Positions 30,367 to 39,824 of a stretch of 64,000 nt of DNA are shown one piece after another. A model generated the notes under the pieces. The model saw only the letters and a program-made list of their open reading frames with translations, did not search any database and had not been told where the DNA came from. The DNA comes from SAR86 cluster bacterium (GTDB lineage: Bacteria > Pseudomonadota > Gammaproteobacteria > Magnimaribacterales > TMED112): positions 1,749 through 65,748 of the forward strand of contig QOPD01000004.1 of NCBI GenBank assembly GCA_003331605.1, given 5' to 3'. Numbering within the stretch: the first letter of the stretch is position 1; each line of letters opens with the position of its first letter. A program made the translations under genes and the position numbers.

Positions 30367-31559
30367 TAAGCTGGATATCTTTCAAATAATCCTGCAGCAC
30401 CCATACCGCCACCAACACACATGGTTACAACACCATATTTTTTATCTCTATTTTCTAACTCTCTTATTAAGTGCCCAACCAACCTTGAGCCGGTCATGCC
30501 AAATGGATGGCCAATTGAGATTGAGCCTCCATCAACATTTAACCTTTCCATAGATATTCCAAGTTCATCACGGCAGTAAACTACCTGGACTGCAAAAGCT
30601 TCATTAAGCTCCCATAAATCGATGTCTTCAATGCTTAAATTATATCTTTCAAGGAGTTTAGGGATCGCAAAAACAGGACCTATTCCCATTTCATCTGGCT
30701 GACAGCCGACAGTAGTAAAGCCTCTAAAGTAAGCTTTTGGCTGCAAGTCTAATTCCAATGCTTTTTCTTCTGACATAACCAAAGTAACCGAGGCACCATC
30801 GGAAAGTTGAGATGAGTTGCCTGCTGTTACGCTGCCATTCTCTGGATCAAATACAGGTTTTAATAAAGCAAGACCCTCTAGTGTGGTTTGAGGCCTATTG
30901 CATTCATCTTTAACACACTCGGCATCAACAACCGTTTGATCACCGGTCTCTTTGTTCACTAAAAGCATTTTTGTTTTCATTGGTATAATTTCATCGTCAT
31001 ATCTGCCTTCTTCTTGTGCTGCTGCTGTCCTAATCTGGCTTTCTAAAGAGTATTCGTCTTGAGCTTCTCTAGAAACCTTATATCTTTTTGCTACTACTTC
31101 TGCAGTCTGTCCCATCGGGAAATATATTCCGGGCTCAGATTCGTTTAATTTTTCGTTTACAAAACCATTGAGGTTCATTACAGGAGAAACTTGGGTTACC
31201 TGTTCAACACCACCAGCAATTATTGTGTCGTAGCCACCTGCCATGATTTGTCCAGCTGCCATTGAGATGGTTTGCAAACCTGATGAGCAGTAGCGGTTTA
31301 CCGTTGTCCCACCAGTTGTAATGGGTAACTTAGATAAAACTGCAGCATTTCTGCCAATATTGTGTCCTGTTGGCCCCTCTGGGTTACCACAACCCATGAT
31401 GACATCTTCTACTATTTCAGGAGAAAGGTTTGGGTTCCTCTTAAGCATTGCATCAATACAATGAGCGAGCATATCGTCCCCTCTTGTCATATTAAATGTG
31501 CCTCTGTGTGATTTGGCTAGCCCTGTTCTAACACTATCGACTATAACTACGTTTTTCAT
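30366..31559 (-). CDS. acetyl-CoA C-acyl/acetyltransferase (thiolase)
   Basis: 397 aa. Active-site Cys region VNRYCSSGLQ, NEAFA, GHPFGMTG and a C-terminal MCVGGGMGAAGLFE. Confidence 0.93.
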   Translation of the reverse strand: MKNVVIVDSVRTGLAKSHRGTFNMTRGDDMLAHCIDAMLKRNPNLSPEIVEDVIMGCGNPEGPTGHNIGRNAAVLSKLPITTGGTTVNRYCSSGLQTISMAAGQIMAGGYDTIIAGGVEQVTQVSPVMNLNGFVNEKLNESEPGIYFPMGQTAEVVAKRYKVSREAQDEYSLESQIRTAAAQEEGRYDDEIIPMKTKMLLVNKETGDQTVVDAECVKDECNRPQTTLEGLALLKPVFDPENGSVTAGNSSQLSDGASVTLVMSEEKALELDLQPKAYFRGFTTVGCQPDEMGIGPVFAIPKLLERYNLSIEDIDLWELNEAFAVQVVYCRDELGISMERLNVDGGSISIGHPFGMTGSRLVGHLIRELENRDKKYGVVTMCVGGGMGAAGLFERYPA

Positions 31560-31578
31560 TATTTACCTCCGGAAAACC

Positions 31579-31893
31579 TTATTCTAACTTGTTTTGATCC
31601 TCTTTTAAATCAAGTTTCTTATACCAAGCAGGCATAATATCTATACCCAGCTTTTCTGCTCGCTTGAATAAAAATGGAATTGTAATGGGTGAAAAAGGCA
31701 AAATCAGCAAAATACCAAAGCCTGCTCCTTTAAGAATTTCTCTTAGTTGCTTATTTGCTGCTTGAAGATAAATTTTATTATCTGTTTCAATGTATCGAAA
31801 GAAATTATCAAGCATTTCTTTATTTGCTAGATTTTCTTCTTTTAAAGCTTTAATTAGCTTTTCAATATAACTATTTATTCCTATGAATGGCAT
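31579..31893 (-). CDS. hypothetical small membrane-associated protein
   Basis: 104 aa. Amphipathic N-terminal half, one hydrophobic segment GAGFGILLILPFSPITIPFLF, and a basic/acidic tail. GGAGG sits 7 nt upstream of the ATG. Faint resemblance to bacterial LETM1-like proteins (memory only). Confidence 0.5.
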   Translation of the reverse strand: MPFIGINSYIEKLIKALKEENLANKEMLDNFFRYIETDNKIYLQAANKQLREILKGAGFGILLILPFSPITIPFLFKRAEKLGIDIMPAWYKKLDLKEDQNKLE

Positions 31894-31921
31894 AAAAAAA
31901 CCTCCGCATAGCGGAGGTTTT
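31894..31921 (-). terminator. rho-independent terminator of the TonB-dependent receptor gene
   Basis: Minus-strand RNA AAAACCUCCGC-UAU-GCGGAGGUUUU followed by UUU: a GC core of 7 bp, extendable to 11 bp, a 3-nt loop and a U7 tract. It starts 22 nt after the receptor stop codon. Confidence 0.8.
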
Positions 31922-31943
31922 ATTTTATAGAATATTATTTCTT

Positions 31944-34865
31944 TTAAAAGTTATACCTAAGAGAAATACCTCCATTCATTGGTTCCATATAGAAAACGTT
32001 GGTGTTACCACCGTTGGCTTCTGTTGAAGGGAAACCTCCCATAGCAACATCTTTGTCTTCTATATTGTGAAGATAAAAATCAAGACCCCATCTACCATCA
32101 CTAGAATCAAATCTCAATCCAACGTTAGTAAATGAGAATTCCGGAATTCTTTGAAATTCATTATTGAACGGCGTTAGATAATGATCTCCTCTATAAATGT
32201 AATCAGCATTAAACGTTAGTAATCCAGCATCATTATTTACTAAATCAAACTCAGCGCTTAATTGAGAGGTCAATTCTGGTACTTGGTGCAATCTGTTTCC
32301 ACTGAGGTTTTCAAAATTTCTGCCACTATCAACACAAGGTACGCCTAATAGAGCATTAAATGGTGCCATACATGATGCTCCAAAACTTTTGAATACCACA
32401 CCTACATCTGTCTGAGCATAAGACACACCAAAGCCTCCATCCAGTACTGGCGATAATACCGCGGAGACGCCATAAGGGTTAGTTGGATCGTATTCCACAA
32501 CTCCATCTCCTATTTCAGATTGGTTGTATCCAACTACAAGGCCTATCCTTACTCCCTCAGAAGGTATAATGAGCGATTCTATTTCAACCCCTAGAATTTG
32601 TGCATCAATATTGTAAGTTGTTGAAGAAAAGCCCTCAATTCTGACAGTTTGCAAATCTGAAATGTCGTTAAGGTACGCAGAAACATTAAATGTTACAGCG
32701 CCACCTAAAAATCGGTTCTTTGAACCCACTTCAAAAACGTTGTGTACCTCTGGATCAAACTGTGTAATACCATCAGTTGCAGTTGGGTTAAATCCGCCTG
32801 ATTTTACACCTCTGTCATATTTTGCATAGAGTAAATTGCCATTGTCTAGAGTGTAATCTGCAATAAATCTGCCTGTCACTTCTTCATTTGAAGAAGAACG
32901 TCCAGGAACAATTGGAAATCCACTAATAGTACCGTTATAGCCAGCCAGAATACCACCAGGGCCAATATCTGTAAGTCCACTAAAAACATATTGATCAAAG
33001 TCAAAGCTGTTAAACCTAAGGCCTGCTCTAATTTTTGTTTTTTCATTTAGGTCATAGGTTCCCTCAGCATAAACTGCATTTGTTGTTCTAAAACCTTTGT
33101 CGTACTGCCCTATGTTTCTCTGCCACATTGGTAGTTGAGGTGTCATTAGGCCTAAGCTTGCGAGTTGCATAACATTATTCCTTGCAGCGTCCAATGAAGC
33201 TTGAACACCCAATTGTGTACCTGCTAGCACAACAGAGGGCAATTCTACTGCGGCGCCAACTAATGCAAGTTGAGCTAATGCTGCACAATCTGTTGCTGGA
33301 TTGGTGCAAGCACCTTGAGCAAGAAACTGAGCTGTAAGAGCTGCAACTTGAGCTGGAGTGGTAGGGTCATTTGCAACATAATTTACTGCAGCAGCTCCAA
33401 TACCACTTCGGATATTGTCCTCTGCAGCACCACTATATGTTAGTAAGAAAGTTGACCAGAAAGGCAAGCCACCAAAATTTGCAAGCTCTGGATACATTCT
33501 ACCGATTGGACCCAAGCCAACTTCTGAATAGTAATGTATGCCCGGTGTCTCGACTTTATAGTTTGTAAAATATCTATAGAGCTGATGGTAAATTCCCAAT
33601 TGAACGTTAAATGGCCCGTCAAAATTAGATGTAAATCTTAACTCATGAGTGTTTTCTCTGTAGTCGAACTGGGAGTTGTCGACTGCCATGTCTCTATCAT
33701 ATGTTCTGTATCCACTTGTCATTACATTAGCAGTTACATCACCCATCCTGTACGGTAAGGTTGGCACAGTTCCATTTAAATCTTGTGCATGGAAATAATC
33801 TTGCATAAAGAAGGTAGAAATTAAACTTACATCCCAATTAGCGTTGAGCGTGTGATTGAGGCTTAAGCCTGCGCTGTAGTCATCTCTCATTTGTTTTGGG
33901 TTAAATTGGACGTTAGTTGATTCATAAGGCACTGGAAGTACAACACCTGCGTCAGTATTGAGTGTTATGTCGGATGCAACCAAGCTCCCAGGGTAATTCA
34001 TTGTTATCCAGTCAACGTTTGCAAATAAAGAAACACCACTGGCTCTAACTCCTCTATCAGGAAGCTCATCACCCCACTGATCACAACCCATAAGCGGGTT
34101 TGAGTTACAGTGTGATTGTCCAGTTCTAAAACGACTATCTTCTTCATTATTCACCATGAATGAGAGTTGTAATGAAGTATCTTCGCTAATATCCCATATT
34201 GATTTTATTCTTGCACCAAAGAGATTCCTATCATCGATCTTAGTGTTATTGTAAAGGTTATCTACATAGCCATCCCTGTTGACAGATCTAAATGACATCC
34301 TAGTTCTAAAATCACCTCCTGGATTAAGGGTGAGAGCACCGGTAACTCTAAGTAAATTTAAATCACCTGTTTGAACTTCGATAAAAGCATCGGCATCATC
34401 GCCTGGAGATACACTATTTATGACAAATGTTCCTCCTGGATTATTTCCTCCAAATAAAGTTCCTTGTGGTCCTCTTAGAACCTCAAAAGATTCAACATCA
34501 TAAAGCTCATTCATTGCCATTGCCAAACCACTCTGATTAACTTCATCTAGACGATAAGTAGTAATACCTGCACATGAGCCTCCAACGCAATAATTTGTTA
34601 ACCCACGCAATGAGACTGATGAAGCTGAAAAATTACCTTTAAAAAAGGTTAATCCTGGAATGCTATACTGAAAATCAGCAAACTCTTTAAGATTTTTAGA
34701 TTCAATATCTTCTGCGCTAACGACAGAAACCGCTAATGCTGTATTTTGTAATTCGTCTTCAGAACGAAAAGCTGTCGTTACAAGTTCTTCCACCTCATCT
34801 AATGAATTTTCTTGCGTGAAAGAAAAAGAACTAAAAAGAATTAGAAGTGTAATAATATATTTCAT
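31944..34865 (-). CDS. TonB-dependent receptor (large, 973 aa)
   Basis: Signal peptide MKYIITLLILFSSFSFTQ, TonB-box-like EELVTTA, plug domain (VSVVSAEDIE...GLTF, FEVLRGPQGTLFGGNNPGG), beta-barrel repeats and a C-terminal ...GISLRYNF. Confidence 0.92.
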   Translation of the reverse strand: MKYIITLLILFSSFSFTQENSLDEVEELVTTAFRSEDELQNTALAVSVVSAEDIESKNLKEFADFQYSIPGLTFFKGNFSASSVSLRGLTNYCVGGSCAGITTYRLDEVNQSGLAMAMNELYDVESFEVLRGPQGTLFGGNNPGGTFVINSVSPGDDADAFIEVQTGDLNLLRVTGALTLNPGGDFRTRMSFRSVNRDGYVDNLYNNTKIDDRNLFGARIKSIWDISEDTSLQLSFMVNNEEDSRFRTGQSHCNSNPLMGCDQWGDELPDRGVRASGVSLFANVDWITMNYPGSLVASDITLNTDAGVVLPVPYESTNVQFNPKQMRDDYSAGLSLNHTLNANWDVSLISTFFMQDYFHAQDLNGTVPTLPYRMGDVTANVMTSGYRTYDRDMAVDNSQFDYRENTHELRFTSNFDGPFNVQLGIYHQLYRYFTNYKVETPGIHYYSEVGLGPIGRMYPELANFGGLPFWSTFLLTYSGAAEDNIRSGIGAAAVNYVANDPTTPAQVAALTAQFLAQGACTNPATDCAALAQLALVGAAVELPSVVLAGTQLGVQASLDAARNNVMQLASLGLMTPQLPMWQRNIGQYDKGFRTTNAVYAEGTYDLNEKTKIRAGLRFNSFDFDQYVFSGLTDIGPGGILAGYNGTISGFPIVPGRSSSNEEVTGRFIADYTLDNGNLLYAKYDRGVKSGGFNPTATDGITQFDPEVHNVFEVGSKNRFLGGAVTFNVSAYLNDISDLQTVRIEGFSSTTYNIDAQILGVEIESLIIPSEGVRIGLVVGYNQSEIGDGVVEYDPTNPYGVSAVLSPVLDGGFGVSYAQTDVGVVFKSFGASCMAPFNALLGVPCVDSGRNFENLSGNRLHQVPELTSQLSAEFDLVNNDAGLLTFNADYIYRGDHYLTPFNNEFQRIPEFSFTNVGLRFDSSDGRWGLDFYLHNIEDKDVAMGGFPSTEANGGNTNVFYMEPMNGGISLRYNF

Positions 34866-34933
34866 AACTTTCTCCCTAAGTCATTAATACCACTATAATA
34901 TATGAAATACACAGCTAAGCAACTTTTGAGACA

Positions 34934-35587
34934 TTGAAAAAAAGCGAAAAATTACGGGAAATAACAAAGATTCTAGATGCTAATTTTCTTAAACCAGACG
35001 TGCCTTTGGATCACGATAATGCTTACTCCCTATTGATTGCCGTTTTACTCTCAGCTCAGTGCACAGATGAAAGAGTTAACCAAATTACACCAAAATTGTT
35101 TAAAGTTGCAAAAACACCAGAGAAAATGATGACTCTAAGCGTAAACAAAATCTATGAAATCATTAAACCTTGTGGACTTGGGCCGCAAAAATCAAAAGCT
35201 ATCAAACGACTATCGCAAATTCTTGTAGAAAAATATGATGGTTCAGTGCCGCAAAATATTGAGGATCTAGAGCAATTGCCTGGTGTTGGCCATAAAACAG
35301 CTAGTGTGGTAGTTTCTCAAGCTTTTGGTGTACCTGCGTTTCCTGTTGACACACATATTCATCGCTGTGCTCAGCGCTGGGGTTTAACAAACGGCAAAAA
35401 CGTTCAACAAACTGAAAAGGATTTAAAGAAGTTTTTCCCAGAAGAAGATTGGAATAAACTCCATATTCAAATTATTATGTATGCAAGAAATTTTTGTGCG
35501 GCAAGAGCTTGTTATGGCCTAGAGTGTGAAATCTGCAAGGCTTGCAATCCGTCAAGAAAAAGAAAATTTGTACATAAAAAACCTTAA
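34934..35587 (+). CDS. nth: endonuclease III
   Basis: 217 aa, TTG start. HhH-GPD motif [18 protein letters not shown], catalytic region VDTHIHR and a C-terminal Cys cluster ([17 protein letters not shown]). Confidence 0.93.
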   Translation: MKKSEKLREITKILDANFLKPDVPLDHDNAYSLLIAVLLSAQCTDERVNQITPKLFKVAKTPEKMMTLSVNKIYEIIKPCGLGPQKSKAIKRLSQILVEKYDGSVPQNIEDLEQLPGVGHKTASVVVSQAFGVPAFPVDTHIHRCAQRWGLTNGKNVQQTEKDLKKFFPEEDWNKLHIQIIMYARNFCAARACYGLECEICKACNPSRKRKFVHKKP

Positions 35588-36852
35588 TGAACTTTTTTAG
35601 AGAAACTTTAAATCAACCCTTAAATGAATACGATGCCGAGCTTGCCCAATTCATGGAAGCTGAGCAAACTAGACAAGAGGAGCACATCGAGTTAATAGCA
35701 TCGGAAAATTATGCATCGAAGAGAGTTCTTGAAGCACAAGGTAGTGTACTAACGAATAAATACGCTGAAGGCTACCCAACAAAAAGATATTACGGTGGAT
35801 GTGAATTTGTAGACGGAGCTGAAACACTAGCTATAGAGAGGGCAAAGCAATTATTTAAAGCAAAATTTGCCAATGTGCAGCCTCACTCTGGAGCTTCTGC
35901 GAATGCAGCCGTTTTTTTAGCCCTACTTGAGCCAGGCGATACTATCCTTGGAATGGCGCTTGATCAAGGTGGACATCTAACTCATGGTGCAAAAGTAAAT
36001 TTTTCTGGAAGAAATTACAATGCAATCCAATATGGTCTCGATCCAGAAACAAAAAAAATAGATTATGCCCAAGTTGAAAGACTGGCTCAAGAACAAAAAC
36101 CAAAAATGATAATAGCTGGCTTTTCTGCATATATGGGCATAGTTGATTGGCCAAGGTTTAGAAAAATAGCCGACGATGTTGGTGCGTACTTATTAGTAGA
36201 CATGGCTCATGTTTCTGGCTTGGTCGCTGGTGGGGTTTATCCTAGCCCAATACCATTTGCCCATGTTGTTACCAGCACCACGCATAAATCCTTAAGAGGT
36301 CCTAGATCAGGAATTATTCTTTCCAATGAAAGTGAAGAGTTTCAAAAAAAGCTTAACTTTGGTGTTTTTCCTGGCTCACAAGGTGGACCTCTAATGCATG
36401 TTATTGCTGCTAAGGCGGTATGTTTTAAAGAAGCAATGACAGAAGAATTTAAAAGTTACCAACAACAAATAATTGCCAATGCTAAAACCATGTGCAGCAG
36501 ATTTAAGGAAAGAGGCTTTATGCTGGTTAGCCCTGAAACAGACAACCATCTGCTCTTGGTAGATTTAACCAATCAAGAGATAACTGGCAAGGATGCTGAG
36601 GATCTTTTAGGTAGCGTGAACATTACTGTTAACAAAAATTCTATACCCAATGATCCGCAATCCCCTTTTGTTACATCAGGCATCAGAATAGGCACCCCAG
36701 CCATGACAACTCGTGGTTTTGCTGATCAAGAAGCCATAGAAGTCACCGATCTTATCTGCGATGCAATTAAAAATAGAGATAATAAAGAGGAATTGGAAAG
36801 AATAAAAAACGCTGTTGTCAAAATATGCAATAACTTTCCTGTGTATAAATAA
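35587..36852 (+). CDS. glyA: serine hydroxymethyltransferase
   Basis: 421 aa. LIASENYAS, and PLP-lysine motif [16 protein letters not shown]. Confidence 0.96.
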   Translation: MNFFRETLNQPLNEYDAELAQFMEAEQTRQEEHIELIASENYASKRVLEAQGSVLTNKYAEGYPTKRYYGGCEFVDGAETLAIERAKQLFKAKFANVQPHSGASANAAVFLALLEPGDTILGMALDQGGHLTHGAKVNFSGRNYNAIQYGLDPETKKIDYAQVERLAQEQKPKMIIAGFSAYMGIVDWPRFRKIADDVGAYLLVDMAHVSGLVAGGVYPSPIPFAHVVTSTTHKSLRGPRSGIILSNESEEFQKKLNFGVFPGSQGGPLMHVIAAKAVCFKEAMTEEFKSYQQQIIANAKTMCSRFKERGFMLVSPETDNHLLLVDLTNQEITGKDAEDLLGSVNITVNKNSIPNDPQSPFVTSGIRIGTPAMTTRGFADQEAIEVTDLICDAIKNRDNKEELERIKNAVVKICNNFPVYK

Positions 36853-37304
36853 TGTTCTGTCCTTTCTGCTCAAATGAAGAAACAAAAGTCATCGATTCAA
36901 GATTGGTTGCAAGTGGTTCTCAAATTAAAAGAAGAAGAGAATGCACCAGTTGCGAGGAGCGGTTCTCAACTTACGAAGAAGCCGAGTTGGTAATGCCAAG
37001 AATAATTAAATCGAATGATAGAAGAGAGCCTTTTGATGAGGAAAAACTAAGAGCTGGCTTTCATAAAGCACTTGAAAAAAGACCTGTGGCATCCGATCAG
37101 ATTGAAAATGCAATTCAAGAGATTAAGGATGCAATTCGTAAGATTGGTGAACGAGAAGTGCCCTCTCAGATACTTGGCAAACAAGTGATGAATAAATTAA
37201 AGGAACTGGATCAAGTTGCTTATGTCAGATTTGCCTCTGTATATCAAAATTTCCAAGATATTAAAGATTTTGCCGACGAAATCTCTGAACTCTCCAAGAA
37301 ATAA
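36852..37304 (+). CDS. nrdR: transcriptional repressor NrdR
   Basis: 150 aa. Zinc ribbon [17 protein letters not shown]...[16 protein letters not shown] plus an ATP-cone. Confidence 0.93.
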   Translation: MFCPFCSNEETKVIDSRLVASGSQIKRRRECTSCEERFSTYEEAELVMPRIIKSNDRREPFDEEKLRAGFHKALEKRPVASDQIENAIQEIKDAIRKIGEREVPSQILGKQVMNKLKELDQVAYVRFASVYQNFQDIKDFADEISELSKK

Positions 37305-38302
37305 TGACTGAAACTGAGCTAATGCGGCATGCTCTTCGTTTGTCATTAAAATACAAATACACAGCAAAGCCTAACCCTACTGTGGGTGCTTTAATTTATG
37401 ATGGCAGCACAATCATTGCTGAGGGAGCTCATGAAAAATATGGCTCAAAACATGCAGAAATTAATTGTTTAGATGCTTTAGCTCAAAATAAAAGTAGGCC
37501 TAATCTAAGCGAGCTGACATTATATTGCACACTTGAGCCGTGCAATCACGCAGGTAAAACAGGACCTTGCACAGAAGCTATAATTAAATCTGGAATTAAA
37601 AATGTAGTTATAGGCTGCATTGATCCAAATCCAATTGTAGCTGGCAAGGGAATTAAAAAGTTAACACAATCTGGTATAAATGTATCGGTTGGTGTCATCG
37701 AAGAAGAAATAAAAACCAGCAGTAAATTTTTCTTTAAGCACGAACAAAAAAGACCTTTTATCTGTATAAAAATTGCTACATCTAAAGATGGCAAATCTCA
37801 TAAAAATTATCAATTTGAATGGATAACTTCTGAAGGTTCTAGAGCTGATGTGCAGGAATTAAGGGCAGAGTTTGATTGCATACTTACCGGTGGAAATACC
37901 GTTAGAGCGGATAACCCAAGGATGAGTGCTAGAGTCCCTTTCGCTGTTAATCAGCCTAAGAGAATTCTTTTTTCAAAAAAGAATAATTGGAATAAAGAAT
38001 TAAATTTTTTTGCAAACGACAATTTTGAGATCATTGATGCTACAAATGTTGGAGAATTGATTCGAAAAATTAATGAACAAGATATTAGTTCAATCTTGGT
38101 TGAGGCTGGCCCTGATTTAGTCAGCCTACTAATTGAAGAAAATTTTTGTGATGAGCTAATAGCATATGAAGCACAAAAAGTACTAGGTGATGAGTACACT
38201 GACTGGTTTGAAGACAAGCTTTTCCTTGATAAAAATGGTTTTCAACTTAAATCTAACTATACTATTGGGTCGGATATTAAAAGGGTTTATAAAAAATGCT
38301 AA
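37304..38302 (+). CDS. ribD: bifunctional riboflavin biosynthesis deaminase/reductase
   Basis: 332 aa. Deaminase zinc motifs HAEINCL and LEPCNHAGKTGPC, plus a C-terminal reductase domain (KIATSKDGK). Confidence 0.9.
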   Translation: MTETELMRHALRLSLKYKYTAKPNPTVGALIYDGSTIIAEGAHEKYGSKHAEINCLDALAQNKSRPNLSELTLYCTLEPCNHAGKTGPCTEAIIKSGIKNVVIGCIDPNPIVAGKGIKKLTQSGINVSVGVIEEEIKTSSKFFFKHEQKRPFICIKIATSKDGKSHKNYQFEWITSEGSRADVQELRAEFDCILTGGNTVRADNPRMSARVPFAVNQPKRILFSKKNNWNKELNFFANDNFEIIDATNVGELIRKINEQDISSILVEAGPDLVSLLIEENFCDELIAYEAQKVLGDEYTDWFEDKLFLDKNGFQLKSNYTIGSDIKRVYKKC

Positions 38303-39375
38303 AGCACAACATTCAAGAAATTATCCATGATATTTCTCAAGGAAAAATGGTAATTATTCTTGACGATGAGGATCGAGAGAATGAGGGCGATCTTGTGTGC
38401 GCTGCAGAAGCAGTAAGCCCAGAAATAATAAATTTCATGGCTAAACATGGTCGTGGCTTAATATGTCTAACGCTGGATTCTAAGAAATGTGAAAAACTTA
38501 ACCTTAAACCCATGACTGCCAACAATATGGCAAATAATAAAACTGCTTTTACTGTATCAATTGAAGCAAAGACAGGTATAACCACAGGAATATCTGCTCA
38601 AGATCGAGCACATACCATTGCAACCGCTGTTAAAGCAGAGGCAACAGAGAATGATATTGTTCAGCCGGGGCATGTTTTTCCTCTTAAAGCCATGGATGGT
38701 GGTGTTTTAGCACGAGCAGGCCATACCGAAGCTGCATGCGATCTAGCAAAATTAGGAGGCTATTCAGCGGCTGGAGTAATCTGTGAAATTATGAATGACG
38801 ACGGCTCAATGGCTAGGCGTGATGATCTTATTAAATTTGGTGAAGAGTTTGATATTAAAGTTGGAACTATTGCAGACCTTATTGACTTAAGACTTTCACA
38901 AGAATCAACAGTTGAAAAAATATTAGAAAAAGATATACAAACCGAGTTTGGTGAATTTAAGCTGGGAGTTTGGCGGGATATCATTTTTGATGAGCATCAT
39001 TTTTCCCTGGTAAAGGGCGATCTTGCAAAAGTAGAATCACCACTTGTTCGAGTGCAAACACAAAGTGTTTTACAGGATGCATTGGGCCTTGAAGAGCTTG
39101 GAAAAAATTGGTCGATTAAAAGATCATTGGAACGGATATCCAAAGAAAAAGCAGGCCTGTTTGTATTAATTAACCATAGAGATGCAAAATCCTATTGGTT
39201 GAAGCAGCTGCTCAATGAAAAAGTTGAGGAAAAAAGAAATAGAAAAGTAATTGGAATAGGCGCTCAGATAATTAAGGCTTTTGGTTTGAGTACCATTAAA
39301 TTTATTGGAACCAAAAGAAAATATCCGGGTCTCTCTGGATTTAATATAGAAATTGAGGAATTTGTCGATGAATAA
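38296..39375 (+). CDS. ribB: 3,4-dihydroxy-2-butanone-4-phosphate synthase fused to a degenerate GTP cyclohydrolase II-like domain (RibBX type)
   Basis: 359 aa. The N-terminal half has DDEDRENEGDLVCAAE and GHTEAACDLA (RibB). The C-terminal half aligns to RibA, but the zinc cysteines are replaced (VRVQTQSVLQDALGLEELGKN versus RVHSECLTGD...RCDCG). Confidence 0.88.
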   Translation: MLKHNIQEIIHDISQGKMVIILDDEDRENEGDLVCAAEAVSPEIINFMAKHGRGLICLTLDSKKCEKLNLKPMTANNMANNKTAFTVSIEAKTGITTGISAQDRAHTIATAVKAEATENDIVQPGHVFPLKAMDGGVLARAGHTEAACDLAKLGGYSAAGVICEIMNDDGSMARRDDLIKFGEEFDIKVGTIADLIDLRLSQESTVEKILEKDIQTEFGEFKLGVWRDIIFDEHHFSLVKGDLAKVESPLVRVQTQSVLQDALGLEELGKNWSIKRSLERISKEKAGLFVLINHRDAKSYWLKQLLNEKVEEKRNRKVIGIGAQIIKAFGLSTIKFIGTKRKYPGLSGFNIEIEEFVDE

Positions 39376-39823
39376 CAAGCCTTTGTTTAATGTTAGTGAT
39401 AGCAACCTTGCAGGCAAAAAAGCCTTACTGCTTTCTACTGTATGGAATGCTGAGATGCTTGCCCCCATGCAGAATGAAATACAATCAGTGCTGGAAAGCA
39501 AAAACATTGAGTGCGTGAAGATGCAGTGTCCAGGCTCACTAGAACTAGCAGCAACTGCAAAAAGATATATGATAAATAATCACATTGATGGACTGATCGC
39601 CATTGGCCTTGTGGTTAAAGGAGGCACTCCTCACTTTAAATTAGTTTGTAACGAAACGTATCGGTCATTGAGTAATCTTGCATATGACTTTGAAAATATT
39701 CCAGTAATAAATGGTGTATTAACAGTTGAAAACTTAGTTCAGGCAGAAGAAAGAATAAACCCTGCAAAAATCAATAAAGGAAGAGAGTTTGCAGATTCAT
39801 TAATTCATCTGATGAGTTCCTAA
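39368..39823 (+). CDS. ribH: 6,7-dimethyl-8-ribityllumazine synthase
   Basis: I chose ATG at 39368 (MNNKPLF...). The track start at 39353 is 15 nt upstream in the same frame. CPGSLELAATAKR and GLVVKGGTPHF resemble RibH. Position is between ribB and nusB. Confidence 0.88.
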   Translation: MNNKPLFNVSDSNLAGKKALLLSTVWNAEMLAPMQNEIQSVLESKNIECVKMQCPGSLELAATAKRYMINNHIDGLIAIGLVVKGGTPHFKLVCNETYRSLSNLAYDFENIPVINGVLTVENLVQAEERINPAKINKGREFADSLIHLMSS

Positions 39824-39824
39824 A

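Noticed and set aside
33371-33622. Two small ORFs (33371-33568 plus strand, 33440-33622 minus strand) inside the TonB-dependent receptor.
   Set aside because: They coincide with the locally GC-rich Ala-rich insert of the receptor, where stop codons are rare in all frames. The receptor frame is continuous through the region.
34877-34891. Fur-box-like AT-rich motif (TAAGTCATTAATACC) upstream of the TonB-dependent receptor.
   Set aside because: It matches only a short ATTAAT/TCATTA core of the 19-bp Fur consensus. That cannot be distinguished from background in a 68-nt AT-rich spacer.
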